A DNA stretch of 64,000 nt from Sphyrna mokarran (taxonomy: Eukaryota): contig JAGIQG010000003.1 of the NCBI GenBank assembly GCA_024679065.1, positions 35,588,001-35,652,000 of the forward strand, read 5' to 3'. Shown here in pieces: positions 34,854-48,232 of the stretch (its first letter is position 1; every line of letters begins with the position of its first letter). Below the pieces are notes generated by a model. That model was not told the origin of the DNA. It saw only the letters and a list, made by a program, of their open reading frames with translations, and ran no database searches. The translations under genes were made by a program, and so were the position numbers.

Positions 34854-37474
34854 CTGTAGCCCTTAATTTCCAATTGCAAGGCAATGTTTTATGGCTTGCT
34901 AACCTGGTTCAGGCATGCTTGAATCAAGAAACCTTTGCTCTGAATGTTGTTTAAACATTGATTTTGGATTGTGGATCAGCTGCATCCCAACTTAAATCAG
35001 GAAATTTTGATGATATTCTTTTGTTCTTCCTTTCCCTATGGTACCTGGGATGAGTGTTGCTATAGCCGCTTTCATGTGCTTTCTTGAAGCTACACGAGTT
35101 ACAATCACAACCTTGGCCAGAATTGCCCGACACTTGTGTGGTTGGTATTTTCTACTCCGGCTGCACTGAATGGAGTTTTGGCGAAGCGCCAACATCTTTG
35201 TTCTTGCTGGCAACAGTGGCAGGGCAAACAAGATCAGAGAATTCTGACCCTTATTTGGCCAGATTTTAATAATAGTTGTTTTGGGGGGTGCCGGGGGATT
35301 GGGGGGGGTGTACTGTTGCTTGACTCTTCCTGGCTCGCTATCGATCTGCCCCATACATTAGTTATTCACCTTCCTTGATGAAGCTAACTCTCTCGATACA
35401 CTATCGCATTCACTAAATTGACAGGCTATGCACTGCAATCTGACCATGATGGATCCATCTGCTTACCAGCTCTTTATCGGAGCACTATCCTGGCACCATG
35501 TCTTCAAAGCTTTTTTGTGTATTATCGTGCTGCAATTTCAACATTCTCCAACTCTGCTGCAATCTGACCAGGTTGTTGAGGGTCACCCCATGTCATGTAG
35601 CATGATCCAAGGCTGTTCACCATGCATTCCTGTTCTTATTATTGTTGCAAGACTATTTCACTATCACTAAGCACCATGCCATGTTGTTGTGACCATGTAA
35701 ACATTTATCACACATAAGGGACTGTGTAAGCATGTTGCAGATTCATTTATTTAGACTAGACAGATAGCAACAGTAATGCAAAGGCAGAAAGTTAAAAGAG
35801 TTTAATAGCAATAGTATGTGTTCTGCTCAAAAGCAAAAGTGAAATTAAAACTGGATTCCGTGGCACACTTCCCTTCTAATGATGTTGTGCTGATATTTCT
35901 TAAAGACACACTACAAAAATAGGTATTGTGGGCAATGTTTGAGAGAAGGGGGAAAACAGAATTGGACAAGTGGTCGTAAATTCTCACTGATGCCAGAAAT
36001 CTGTGATCCACAAAGTTACATTCTTCTTTAATTGGTGTTTTACAATTCAGCATATCTATGCTTTTTTGAATTGTTATGGCTATGCTTCTGACTGTCTCCT
36101 TACATGTTACTTTCTTTCTTTTTTCACAGATGTAGATTAAATATTTTTGTCGCCCTTTTTGCTTTCACATTCTCCCTCAGTTATCTTTAAATTTATTTCA
36201 ATTCAAAAATGTTTAAACAGGTTGTTTGTGTGCTCAAAACTTCTCTGCAATATCTGTTCCCCTAATCTGCTCTGCGTAATTTTCAAATTTATCTTTGAGT
36301 TTATCTTGCTACTCTGCATACCTCATACAACACATGGAGGCATGTGTAGAGCATGTTTTGTTATAAAGTGCACAGTAGCCCATTCAAGAGGTAGGCTTGC
36401 GAGAAATTCTTTTAAAATGTTAAGATTTTAGTCAGAACCACTTTAGTAGATGCTCTGGGTCAAACATGATGCAGACATTCCTACATTGTTGCTGTGACAT
36501 AACTGGGCTTTGGCTAATGTACCAAAAACTGTGAAAGACTTGAAAAAAAAAACTGAGCTTTGCACGTCCTGCAAGGAGCTGTCTTGTGGTTTTCATCTTA
36601 TTCCCTACAGATTTATGTAAAACCCAAGTGTGCCATTTTATGCAAATGGTTTGTGACAAGGTTCAGTTCCTGTACTGGAAGTCATTTATCTTCATCAGAG
36701 GTGATGAAATGATCCCTGACTCTTGATTATACTTACCATGTGTCTGCAAAGGCATCAGAAGGTTGAAAATTCAAGCAAAAATATAATGAGACTTGTGTAA
36801 AAGATAGCTCACAACTATGTGTTCTAATTTATGAAGGGCTTGACAAATATTCTCCACAGAATAGCTGCTGATAGAATTAAAGCAGATTTTTTTTTACTCA
36901 CATGCCATGCATAAGTTTGGGTGAAATTTTACACCTCAAACCTAATGGGATTATAATTTGAAGGCCCATAAGTTGTGCTCAGCTATTTATGATGTAGATA
37001 GGTTGTATTAATTATATTGTTTAGCATCACTTTATAAGGACAGATAGAATTAGACTAGAGACATCCAGACATTTCATAAACCCCAGCAACATTTTCCAGA
37101 TGCTAACAGATTGAATTAGTATGATCACTTAGAAAATACACCACATCTTCATAGATTTACTTTGCAACTAAAGTTATGTAAATTCCTTTGTCATACAGTA
37201 ATTGAGTAGCCTTCTCTGATTAAATCTTACAAGATATGCAGCAAAAGAACTACCCCCGATATTGTTTAGCAAGTGACAGGCTGAGGATCATAACTGAGCA
37301 GTGCATTCAGACTGTAATGACTCAGTCACTGAAACACACTTGAGGCTGGGGTTGTACCACTAAAGTACAAAAAATACAGAAACTGAATGGCCAAAAATGA
37401 ATGAGATATTGACATGTCTTCTATCTGCACAGAATACTCGTAGATTAACTAGGCAAAGATATTGATTTCCAAGT

Positions 37475-37685
37475 GGCAGAGGAATGCCTGGAAACTCACA
37501 GCAAAGTCAATCAGCATCTGTGGAAAGAACCGCTGATATTTTAGGTCATACCCTTCATCAAAGCTCTAATGGGTATGAACCAGAAGTGTAGATTGTCTGT
37601 TTTTCTCAGAGATGCTAACTATCCTATTATATGTTACCACCTTCTGTTTTGTGGTTTCAGATTTCCAGTATTTTCATTTTTACTT
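37475..37685. mobile_element. Penelope-like inverted tail pair (decayed)
   Basis: Minus arm cagcatctgtggaaagaa...ggtcatacccttcatcaa and plus arm gggtatgaaccaga...ttttctcagagatgct...tttcagatttccag. Confidence 0.55.
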
Positions 37686-40204
37686 ACCGCGTGCTTTACT
37701 TTTTAAATTTTTTGATAAGATGGGATGGGGGGGCACGGGGCCGGTGAGGAGAGGTGGGGAAAGTGTTGGTATTTGGGTCCCCAGATGTTCCAGAAAGAAT
37801 GGAAATCTACCACAGTGGAAATTGAACTTGAATCCAATCTCTCCGTCTCTCTGTGTCCAGCCAGCTGTGACAACAAGCTAATTCGAATCCACAGGGGTAA
37901 ATTTTCATCCGCCGTATGCCTAGCAGCCTGTCATCTGCTGAGGATATACTTCGAGAACTGGGGCACACATTTATCCCATTATTTCTTCGGCTTTTTAGTC
38001 CTAGAAATGCCAATATTAACACGCCACACTTCACAAGCCCATAAGACATTCTACACCCTGCCACTTTAACAGAGGCACTGACCTATTTAAAACCTGGTAG
38101 ATGGATGCCTGCAGGTGAATGCTTATATTAAATTAACAGAGGCAGGCCATGCATTTGTCTGCTAATAATGCAAATTACTAATTTTGGATATACTGCTCCT
38201 AGTTGTTGTAACAGTCTTAAAACTAGTCCTTGGAATGCACGGTGATAGGAAGAACTCTTGATGGTCAAGGTAAAGAATGAAGCAGCTCGTGTTTCCATGC
38301 AGATAAGAATAGTGGGCCCAAACATTCATGGGTCGAGGGAATGCATTCTAGAGTAAAAGCTAAGATATGCCCTTCTGCCACTGGCCTCCCCAGCAATTTC
38401 AGACCAGATCTGGCCTGAACTGTCAGGAACTGACTTTAAACTAGCCTCAGCTGGATTACACTGATGACTCTGAGTCATACTGTTGGGGGCTCTTAACTTG
38501 TAATTCTACCGGACTCATCAAAAATCCAGCAGGGTCTCCCAGCTGGCGAGTTGGGGCACTAATATTTTGCAGCCGACTTCAGCTGGAACCAGTTCAGCTG
38601 CTGCTAATTTTACAAATACCAGTGAAAACCCTCTCTCATTCCTTGGTCTCCATCAGCTCCTTCCCCCATCTGTATTTCTCTCGCAGTCTCCAGCCTCCCT
38701 ACTCCTGCACCGCTAACTTTTATTTTATACTGTCTCTTCTACAATTGGGCAAGTTCTCTTAATGAAAATCTGTTTGAGGAGCATGTTCATTGTCTCATTT
38801 TTAAAATGCTCTTTTTGTGCAAAAGTAAAATTGCAAGAGTTACATAAGTGACAATTTCAATGGAGTTTGCAAGTGTTGAAAGGTAAGCCCGATTTTAATT
38901 GGCTCATGACAATAAATGCAGTATTTATTGATCTAATACACTGGTAAGATTCCATATCATCACAGCAACAACAAAAAGATTATTTCATGATTTTAATCAT
39001 GGAATTTGTTTTATTTTATTATTACTCATCAGGATTGGACTTTACCATGCACCCACCAGTTGTATTGCAATTTCTCTAGCCAACTAGATATACCAACTTC
39101 CCACTCCCATCCACTCACCCAACTGCAGCAACCCTCCCCCTTTAAAATGCAATATGTCCTCCTCGAGCTCTCCACCAAAATGCAGCATCTCAACCCTCAA
39201 GCTCTTCCACTGACAATATCACCTTCCATGCACACCAGTCTCACCGTTCCCCTACAATGGCAGATAGCAAAACTTTCAGGGGGCAGCATGGAGTAGCAGA
39301 TTACAGAGAAAGATCAGGGATGTCTTATCATCCCTGCGATCAGAGAGATCGGATCAGGAGATGTTTCCTTGACTGGTAGGTGCTCATGGCACTAAGGTCT
39401 TATTTCAGGTGGTAATGATTGTCTACAATTTCAAGTATCACTTTCTAGTATCACTTAAGTGATCACTAATATTTCTTAAATGGCTACTGATTACTCCATT
39501 GAAAAATGTTGAAGGTATCCAAAGTGTAAGACGCACATTCATGTCGTTAAGAAATCCCTTTTTCCTATTTGTATAGTGTGTGTGCACGTGTGTATGTGTG
39601 AGAGGAATTAGGGTGACAGCTCACCAACTGGCTTAAATCCCAAGATGGAGCTCACTGCTGCCAACTAGTATGCTGCAGTGCCATATCCACTTTCTGATCT
39701 ATGCAACACGAGGCTCTTTGCCCATGAGCCGAGACAGAAAATCCAGAGTGTTTGCTGCGTGTTGATATATTTTGCATTCACACTGTTACAGTCCAGCCAG
39801 AGTTATGCAGCAGTGCATGAGAAGTGTCACAAGTAGCCGGTCCCATATTGAGTAACATCAATGAAACATTGTTACTGCATGGTTCAATGCACAGAAGCTG
39901 GTTTACTTTGAACCTTTCTCCACATACAGTCATGTGATTGCATTTTGATCTTATTATTTTGAAAATAAAGGTTTCTGCGAGACGTTTTCTTTCTTTTCAA
40001 TATATTTCATTTCTACAATTCTATGAGTTTAAATTTAAAACATCAGTTACGCTAACAGTACTTTGAATGCATATTGAATTAACTGGCTGTTTTGGAAAAA
40101 TGGTTCAATAAAAATGGTTTTGGCAATGTTCTTTTCCCTTTAGAATTATTTCAAAATATTTTGTAGGGCATTTTATTTTGAATATATTGGATGTTTCAAG
40201 TATT

Positions 40205-40412
40205 CAGTCCAAGAATGTGCAGGTTAGATGGATTGACCATGCTAAATTGTCCCTTAATGTCCCAAGATGTGTAGGTTAGAGAGATTAGTGGGGTAAGTAT
40301 TGGAATTATAGGGATAGGGCAGGGGGTTGGGACTGAGTAAGATGCTCTGTTGGAGAGCTGGTGCAAATTCAATGGACTGAATGGCTTCCTTCTGCACTGT
40401 AAGGATTCTATA
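40205..40412 (+). mobile_element. HE1-type V-SINE, 3' half
   Basis: cagtccaagaatgtgcaggttag ... ccttctgcactgtaaggattcta. Confidence 0.8.
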
Positions 40413-40447
40413 ATTGTTATTGTGTATGTTTTTTGATACAGAACAGA

Positions 40448-40512
40448 TGTACATATATAACACATATATATACATACATATATCTATATATTTATATATA
40501 TATAAATATACA
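40448..40512. repeat. Imperfect (TA)n microsatellite
   Basis: catatataacacatatatatacatacatatatctatatatttatatatatataaatata. Confidence 0.85.
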
Positions 40513-40599
40513 GGACATGCATCTTTCATTACTGGAGGTAGAACGGCATTGCAAATTAAAATATTTCAGGCTGAATCAAGTCACACAATCCATGATTGA

Positions 40600-40952
40600 C
40601 GCTTTAGTGGTGTACTGCTGTGTCTGAGGTGTGGTGTTTTGAATGAGAAGTTAAACCAAGGTCTTATCTGTCTTCTTGGATGGACAGGAGAGATCTCACA
40701 TCATTATTTTGAAGAAAACCAGTTGAGTTATCCCTGGTATTCTGGCCAATATTCATCCCTCAATCAACATTACAAAAACCGGCTTATCTGACCATCATCA
40801 CTTTGCTGTTCTTGGGAGTTTGCTGAGAGAATATAGGCTGCAGTTTTTCTTATATTGCAACAATGATAACACTTCAGAAAGTACTCAATTGGCTGTAAAC
40901 CACTTTAAAATGCCCAGTGGTCATGAAAAACTGCGTATAAATAAAGTCTTTA
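40600..40952 (+). mobile_element. Deu-domain SINE (SacSINE1-like) with L2-type tail
   Basis: ccctggtattctggccaatattcatccctcaatcaacat...ttgctgttcttgggagtttgctg...attggctgtaaaccacttt...tataaataaagtctt matches the Deu-SINE core and tail as I remember them. Confidence 0.72.
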
Positions 40953-41299
40953 TTTTAACAAATGATGGCAGGTAGTGGTGATTTTAATCATTACGAATCA
41001 GATCTTAAAGCCAAAGAAGTCAAAAGCATTTGTTTCAACATTCCTAATGTCTCAATGGTTCACTGCTTCCTGTGGTATTCAGCCAGGAAGGTACCAAGTT
41101 TGATTTCCAATATGTTCCAAGTTAGCTGATCTCAGTTAGAAAGACAGTTAATGTGATCAAAATGGTCTCAGCACCTTTAAAATAATTAGAAGCAAAACAG
41201 GCAGGTTTTCTTCCCATTAATTACTAACATGTAATACTGTTGGCAAATGTGCATATTAATAAGATTTGTGGGAAGGGTCATGTTCACTAGAGTTTTTTA

Positions 41300-41597
41300 A
41301 AGTTTATTTATTCATGTATCAAGTAGGCTTACATTAACACTGCATTGAAGTTACTGTGAAAATCCCCAAGTCGTCACACTCCAATGCCTATTCAGATACA
41401 CTGAGGGAGAAGTTAGCATGGCCAATGCACCCAACCAGCATGTTTTTCAGACTGTGAAGGAAACTGGAGTATCTGGAGAAACCCGAACAGATATGGGGAG
41501 AACTTGCAAACTCCAAACAGACAGTGACCTAAGCAGGGAATCGAACCTGGGTTCCTGGCGCTATGAGACGGCAGTGCTAACCACTGTCCATGGTGCC
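41300..41597 (-). mobile_element. V-SINE, alternative-tail subfamily
   Basis: caagtaggcttacattaacactgcattgaagttac tail, V-domain and head. Confidence 0.82.
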
Positions 41598-42139
41598 AGT
41601 CCTGGGTCTTCTACCATGAGTCTGGGTCTTCCACCATGTGAAGAAAATTGGTAAGAAAATTGAAGAGAGGAAAATAAACATTTTGCTTTCAAATCATTTT
41701 GGTGTGCTAAGTGGAGATTAATTTTACCCTTGGACTCTGTATTATTATTTCTACCCTTTGATATTTGATCAGCAAACACGCCAGCACATTGGTACAATGC
41801 ACTTACCGAACATGATCTCTGCCACTCAAACTTTAAGCTAAGTGAATGCATGATCATAATCTTTACCAGGCTCACTGTTGGCACGCAGTGTGTGACTACC
41901 TCTTATATACTAGTGAAGAAAGATGCCGCAGCTATACTTCTTGCCATTAGTTTGGGATAGGCTTAGTTTATAAATTAGCTTGAAAAATATTGAACATGAG
42001 CCAGGCTAGTTCATATATCAAACAATAGGTTTCAAATCAGGTTTAGTGTTAACTTATATTACATTGCTGCATATTTATGAAATCTCATCATATGCAGTAT
42101 TCATAATATGACAAATTTACTAATTTACTTCCATGGAAA

Positions 42140-42440
42140 AATAGAAACTAGAAGCAATCATGGATCATTCGGCCTTCAAGTCTGCTCTGCTGTTCATTTT
42201 GATCATGGTTGATCATCAGATTCAATATCCTGATCCCTCCTTCCTCCTCCCTTCAGCTCCCAAGAGCTATATCTAATTTCTTCTTGAAATCAGACAATGT
42301 TTTGACTTCAACTACCCTCTGGATGAAGAAATTTCTCCTCAGCTCATTTCTAAAAGGTTTACTCCTTATCCTCAAACTATGACCCCTAGCTCTGGACTGC
42401 CCCACCTTTGGAAACATTCTTTCTGAATCTATCCTGTCTG
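42140..42440 (-). mobile_element. CR1 3' end
   Basis: cattcggccttcaagtctgctctgc...gatcatggttgatc...gaagaaatttctcctc...tgacccctagctctggact. Confidence 0.72.
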
Positions 42441-45400
42441 TCCATGATCACAGGCTCTACGAATACCTTGTGACTTTTATTTTCAGAAGGCTTCACAGTC
42501 AGTTCTTCTGCTTGTTGATTTTCGTCTATTAAAATTCTATTATTACGTTGGTTAGTTTAAAGTGTTTTTCATAACTATAGGTTTGATAAAGCCATTAAAG
42601 CTAGTACCAATTTCAAATATAGTTGAATTCATGACTGTGCCCTCAGATTTACACTTGAATTACATTCCCCTGGTGTGTTAAAATATTCTAAAAGCATTGG
42701 AGGAGCATTCAGTTTAAAAGTATTGAGGATGGGCATAGCGGGAATGTACACAGCATTCTGTGTGTGGCCTCTACTACTCTAACATTTTGCTTGTATCGTA
42801 ACAGAATACAATAAGGCATGAACTTCTATGAAGGCAATAGAGAACTATGGGCCGGGAAAAAAAATTGCACATTGACTTCTGAGAATGGACTCAGGCATGC
42901 ACTGGCCTGGAACAAAAGCATCTGACAGGGGTTAACAATGGTGGCATCGTCCACCTCCTAAAGAAAGTTGATAGTTAATTGCACAAGACAGAATTATTTT
43001 TTTTTACACACAGCAGCCCCTTGCTTCAGTTGCTGCATGCAGAGTGCAGTCAGTTATACAAAACTATTCTTAAGGAACAATTACACGGAGGGGAAAAAAA
43101 ACTGTGAAAATGGTAATTTCACCAGCTAATGAGCTACAGGCTGCCCTGCTTGTCTCTCGCCTGCCAATCTGCAGTGAGCCTTGACTCAAATGAAAGAAAA
43201 TGCCGCAGAGTTCAGGAGAACTTGAGCAACATCTCAGCAGGCAGTAATTCATCTGAGAAGAAAGAAAATCACAGTATAGTCAAGCCATGCAGTAGGTCTT
43301 AGCATGTTAAAAGTAGCAGACTCCTAGATCCCTTTTGGGTTTTTTCTGGAATTTGATTAAAAACTGGATATTTCCAAAAGTTTATTTTAAAAAACCTCCC
43401 TTCACTAAGATATGTTTTTCTCTAATACAATCAGCTATTTATCAGAACCTGTACCATAATTATATGTATATATGAAACCACTGTGTTGGAACATGAACTT
43501 TGTCAAACTTCAGTATATGTGGGGCATACCTGAATTCAAAACAAATTGGCTCTGTTTGCGCACACAGGGAGTTTAATTATCTGGCACTAATTTATTCAAA
43601 CTAGTTTCACTTGGTTTAAAATATTAGTGTCTTCAGTGCCATAAATTTTAAATAATGCAGTATATGGGTGGTCCATTGCTTCACAACACCAGATTTATCC
43701 CTGGGACTCAGTTGTGAATCCAACTCTAGCTGATGATATGTGTCTCCTTCTGATGGCAATTACAGAAAGAAATTTGGATTATCTTAACCAAATTCACCAT
43801 TTGTTCACTGTCTCACACAGAAAAACTCCAGGGTTGGCTGGCATTGAAAGTGGAAAATTCACACTGCTCCAAAGAGAAATGCCCAATTGAGATTGGTGTT
43901 ATATACTGTTGCAAAAAGCACTCAGGAAAAGTTGCTAAAATGAATTATTTGCTCTGCCTTATCTAAGGCAAATTAATGCTGATATCAATTACTAAGAATA
44001 GAAAAAAAGTGTACCTGTCACCACTCCCAGTCAGCAGCCTGCACAGACCAATAGGTGAATCTTGAAATTAGAAGCAATAGGCAACTTTGGGTAATGTTTT
44101 ACCTTAATGTTAATTTAATTAAGTGAGCATTATCAGTTATTTTGCTCATAAAATATACAATCAGATGTCTCTTCTACCCATGATTTACTAATAACCCAAA
44201 ATAATATACTTTCATTTTCCTAATGAGATCTTACTTCCAAAGCTACATCCTGCCATAGCCATGCACCCCATAAGCCATTCATTCATAAATCTTAAGCACT
44301 CCCGGTCAAAGCACATAGGGCTAAACTGTTCTCCTACGGCCACTGCAGAAGTGTGAATAATTAAACAGACAATGAACAATTTACAGACCATGGCTTTCTT
44401 CTTTTCCAATTTATTCATTTTGGAATGAAATAAATCTACTGTAGATTTATTACCATGATATGGTCTGTCTGGATTTTTTTTTCACATAGACATTACAATG
44501 CAGTTGCCAATGGTACAATGTGAATTCTTGCTAAATGACATACTGTGATTAATTAACATTTAAAACCGAGTGCAAGTCCAACGCAGCTCTTTTCTGAAAT
44601 TGTTTACTTGATTATATTGTAATATCAAAGAAGTTGGGAAATAGATAAATTAAATCTAAGTATCAAAAGCCTCATTCTGGCTCCTGCTGGTGCAAAATGG
44701 TTAGAAAGTAACATTCAACTAAGTGCTTCCAACTCTTGTCAGCAAATCAAAATGTTTGCATTTAAAATAAACAGACTGAAGTGGATTTACAGTAAACCAG
44801 CGAAACTAACATATACTTATTCCACAAGATCATAAAAACAACTGCAGTAATTGAATCTACACCGTGGAACTTAGTCAGAAAGTTAAAGAATGTTGCAAAA
44901 GGATGAGTCGCCTTAATTTGGTTAGGTATGGGTGATAGTCTAGGTGCAGTAACAAAGAAACTACTGTCTAAGTTTGGCATTGGTTTTCTGAAATGCACAA
45001 TCACTAACCAGTTCTTGATCACAGAGGTAGCCCGAGGCAAAAAAAGCCTGTGAAACCTTGACTCATACTTTACCCTGTTTAATTAATACATACGCCTTAT
45101 CTTCTATTTTGCATGGTCTTATGCAGTCAAAGTTATAAGCAACGAATTAATATTCACTATTCCAGGTAAAAACAATAGTTCAAACTGTTATTAAAAATAA
45201 TAAGAGTTATATTTGCTTTGAGTGCTGAAAGCATTCTTGTTTTATCAGTGTAACAATTGCTTAGACTATTTTCCATTTTTTGGCCCAAGGGCCAGAGTAC
45301 AGCTGTTTGCTGTTACCTAGACATTTTACAAGAGTTTTGTAATTTTCTTCTATTATCTTTATAGGCTGTTCTTATCTTCTGTCTCATCCATAAAAAAATT

Positions 45401-46388
45401 ATAGGCCTATGGTTTAACAGGCGTCTACTACAACTGTTACAATTGGTTTACCTCTGAACGCACAGATATTTAACTTCTCGGTAAAGCCCAGATGGTACCT
45501 GTTCATTAAAGGAGATTTGCTATTTAGTAAACTGTCCTGTGAGGAAATTTAGCCAGCACATTATAATCAGCGGTGGTAAAACTGTATCACAGAATGCACA
45601 AAAAATGTATAGTTGGTATTGTGGAAGTGGCATTGCAGAATTCTAGCATTAAAGTAAATAATGCATCTGTGGTAACAGTGCTCCTATTGGATAACATAGT
45701 TCTGCAACAGTTTTTTTTTACACTTGCTTAAGTTTTTTCCAATGGAAACAAAATACTAGGTTCCTCAACACGATTCCACAATAAGCATATCATCATGCAA
45801 CAAAATAAAGTTGTCACCAATAATCATTTTAGCTACTATCTGCATCTAAAATTATTATCCTCATTAGAACGTTCTTTTTAAATCTCATAATCAAACCTGC
45901 TATCAATATTAAACTGAACTTACTACACACTACTTTCAGTTTTCTTTTATGTAAGGAAAAATCCTGAAATTAACACATAATTCATTAGCCCAATGAGTAT
46001 TGGATAAACTGTAGTCTATCTAAAATAATATTCATCTCACAAAGCAACCAGTGGTTACTTCAGAATAAATGAGTACAAACTTTTCAAGAAGACTTTTTCT
46101 CATATCTTATTTGTTATGTACTATCAAAGTTGTTTTGCAATGGGGTGTTCTCAATTGCACACAAAAATTAATAAATATTATTTTTTCTGAACATAATAAG
46201 AAAGTAAACAGAAATATTGTGTCAATGTTCTATTTGAACAAAGTATCTAGTTTTGACTCAATGAACTAACTATTTAAAAAAACTTGTGTATGCATTTGGA
46301 ATTTCAGTGATTAGAATCTTTTTCTTGTTCACCATTTTTCTATCAGTGACAAATTCTAAAATTCTTGATGAAACAAGAATGGGCATAT

Positions 46389-46527
46389 GGGCCAGAGCTT
46401 TTCGACTGTTCTCGCCCCGCTGCCACTGCCAGAGAGAACGGAGAATCTGGCGCTCAGCCAAATCTCCCCTGAACATGCAGCAAGACCGAACAATCCCAGT
46501 CGTGGGCAAGATTGGAGAATCCAGCCC
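46389..46527 (+). mobile_element. Short MITE (about 140 bp)
   Basis: gggccagagcttttc ... ggagaatccagccc. Homologous to 20428-20557. Confidence 0.65.
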
Positions 46528-48124
46528 GTGATTGGATATAGATGGGATGAGAATATTGTGCACAGGCCTCCAGACTCAGTGTGTGTCCCAAAGAGGGACA
46601 GACTCCTCTGAATCAGTCTGAGGAGAAGCTTGTTTTCTCTTTGATCCAAGTAATTCAGCGCTAAAAGATTCATAAATCATGACTCCCTGCGACCTCAAGA
46701 AAATTCAACCCTTTTGTATGTACTGAAACAAGACCTCATAAGCAATGTTAATGCAGTGGCTTTCTTATGATTAGGTTTTGAATATTTATTTAACAGAAAC
46801 AGGAATTTTCACAAACAGCATCAGCTAATAGGATCCTCAACGCTGGTTACTTTCCTTGGGCTGAAAATGAAGAAAGATCAGAAGCTCAAAATGTTATGTT
46901 TCTATTCTTTGGAAATATTGAATATTCTGGGCAGGAGTTAAAGGACAACGACAGATTATGTTGCAAGATAAAACCCTGAATCCCTAAGCATTACGAACAA
47001 CATTATCCAAAAAACCTGTTGTAACTCTTCAACTTTTCCATAAACAAGATAGTGCCATTGTAACTATGATTCTGGAATATTCTATGGTTAGTTAGACTGA
47101 CATTTTTGTGAGTACTCAGAAAAGCCAGAATTCTAAACCCACAAATCATGAGGCACCAGTCACTAAATTTAAAATAGACTTCTTGAACAGGTGTAGTTTC
47201 TCTGACAAGTCACTGGTTGTGCTGCCATTTTGTCTACTGTTCTATGTTCATATTGAGGTCAACTGTATGCAACAGTGGAAATATTTTTAATGCTTCATTT
47301 TTTAATTCTTGGTTTCCTGCCTCAGTCGATGCTCTGAAAACTGCAGCTTTCAATTATTTAACAACTGCAGCCACTGGGAATGCAGTTACCCATAAACTTA
47401 GCATTTTCAATTTCTGCTAATATCACTTTCAAAATGGTGAATATAATCTTTCTGGAGATTTCAACTGGTAAATATTGTGACGCTGCCACACGTCACCTCG
47501 ACTAAAATCAAATATTTAATAGCAATAATATTTTAGTTACATTTTGATCCCATACTTTTGGTATAAACAGAATGCAGAGCATTAATTAATTGCATAATGT
47601 ATCCCATTCATAGCTTATACAATCGACAGATGCATAGAACCAATTTGTACAAGTAATACTTGTAAATTATTTGTTTTCTTCTAACCTCGACCAGATTTTG
47701 TAATCAGTGGTTTGCCACAGAGCATCCTCCCTCTCCCAGATAAAACCGCCCGCAGTATAGATTTTATATAAATACACTAAACACACTTATACACACAAGA
47801 AAGATTACAATACATGTATCTTAAGACCCCAAAGGGGCTCCTTAGAGTGAAGCAGCCCCAGAGTGACACCTAACGTCCCAGCAAAGCACACCACTGTCCT
47901 CTTCAACCTCTGACCCCCACCACCATACACATATAGAAGCTGCCTGAATGTTCTAGTGTCCAGCAAGTCTACATATCATCTGGCAATTCAGAGACCCAAA
48001 CATATATTTGAGTATCGAACTCTTCTATTCTCATCAGCAGTTTTGTGACTTGAGCCATTTTTATCTCCAAATTCAATAAATTTTCACACACACGCATAAG
48101 ATAAATGCACCGTTCATATGACAA

Positions 48125-48143
48125 ATACACACACACACATACT

Positions 48144-48175
<32 letters not shown>

Positions 48176-48232
48176 CACACACACACACATATACATACAT
48201 AGACACACATACACATTTACACACAACACATA
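48125..48232. repeat. Compound (CA)n/(TA)n microsatellite
   Basis: Directly visible. Confidence 0.9.

Larger units (their letters stand above)
32643..35915 (-). mobile_element. Degenerate Gypsy/Ty3 LTR retrotransposon with both LTRs
   Basis: LTR-like direct repeats lie at about 32643-32865 and 35682-35915, with TGT...ACA ends and a shared aaagcaaaa.tgaaa.taa.actg. The polypurine tract is ccctccttttttt at 32869-32881, and a PBS-like TGG abuts the 5' LTR at 35681. The integrase core ITDNGPCF...WNINHTTFSFHYPRSNGQIER is at 34053-34316 and a decayed gag zinc knuckle at about 35080-35170. Most of the RT is missing. Confidence 0.8.
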
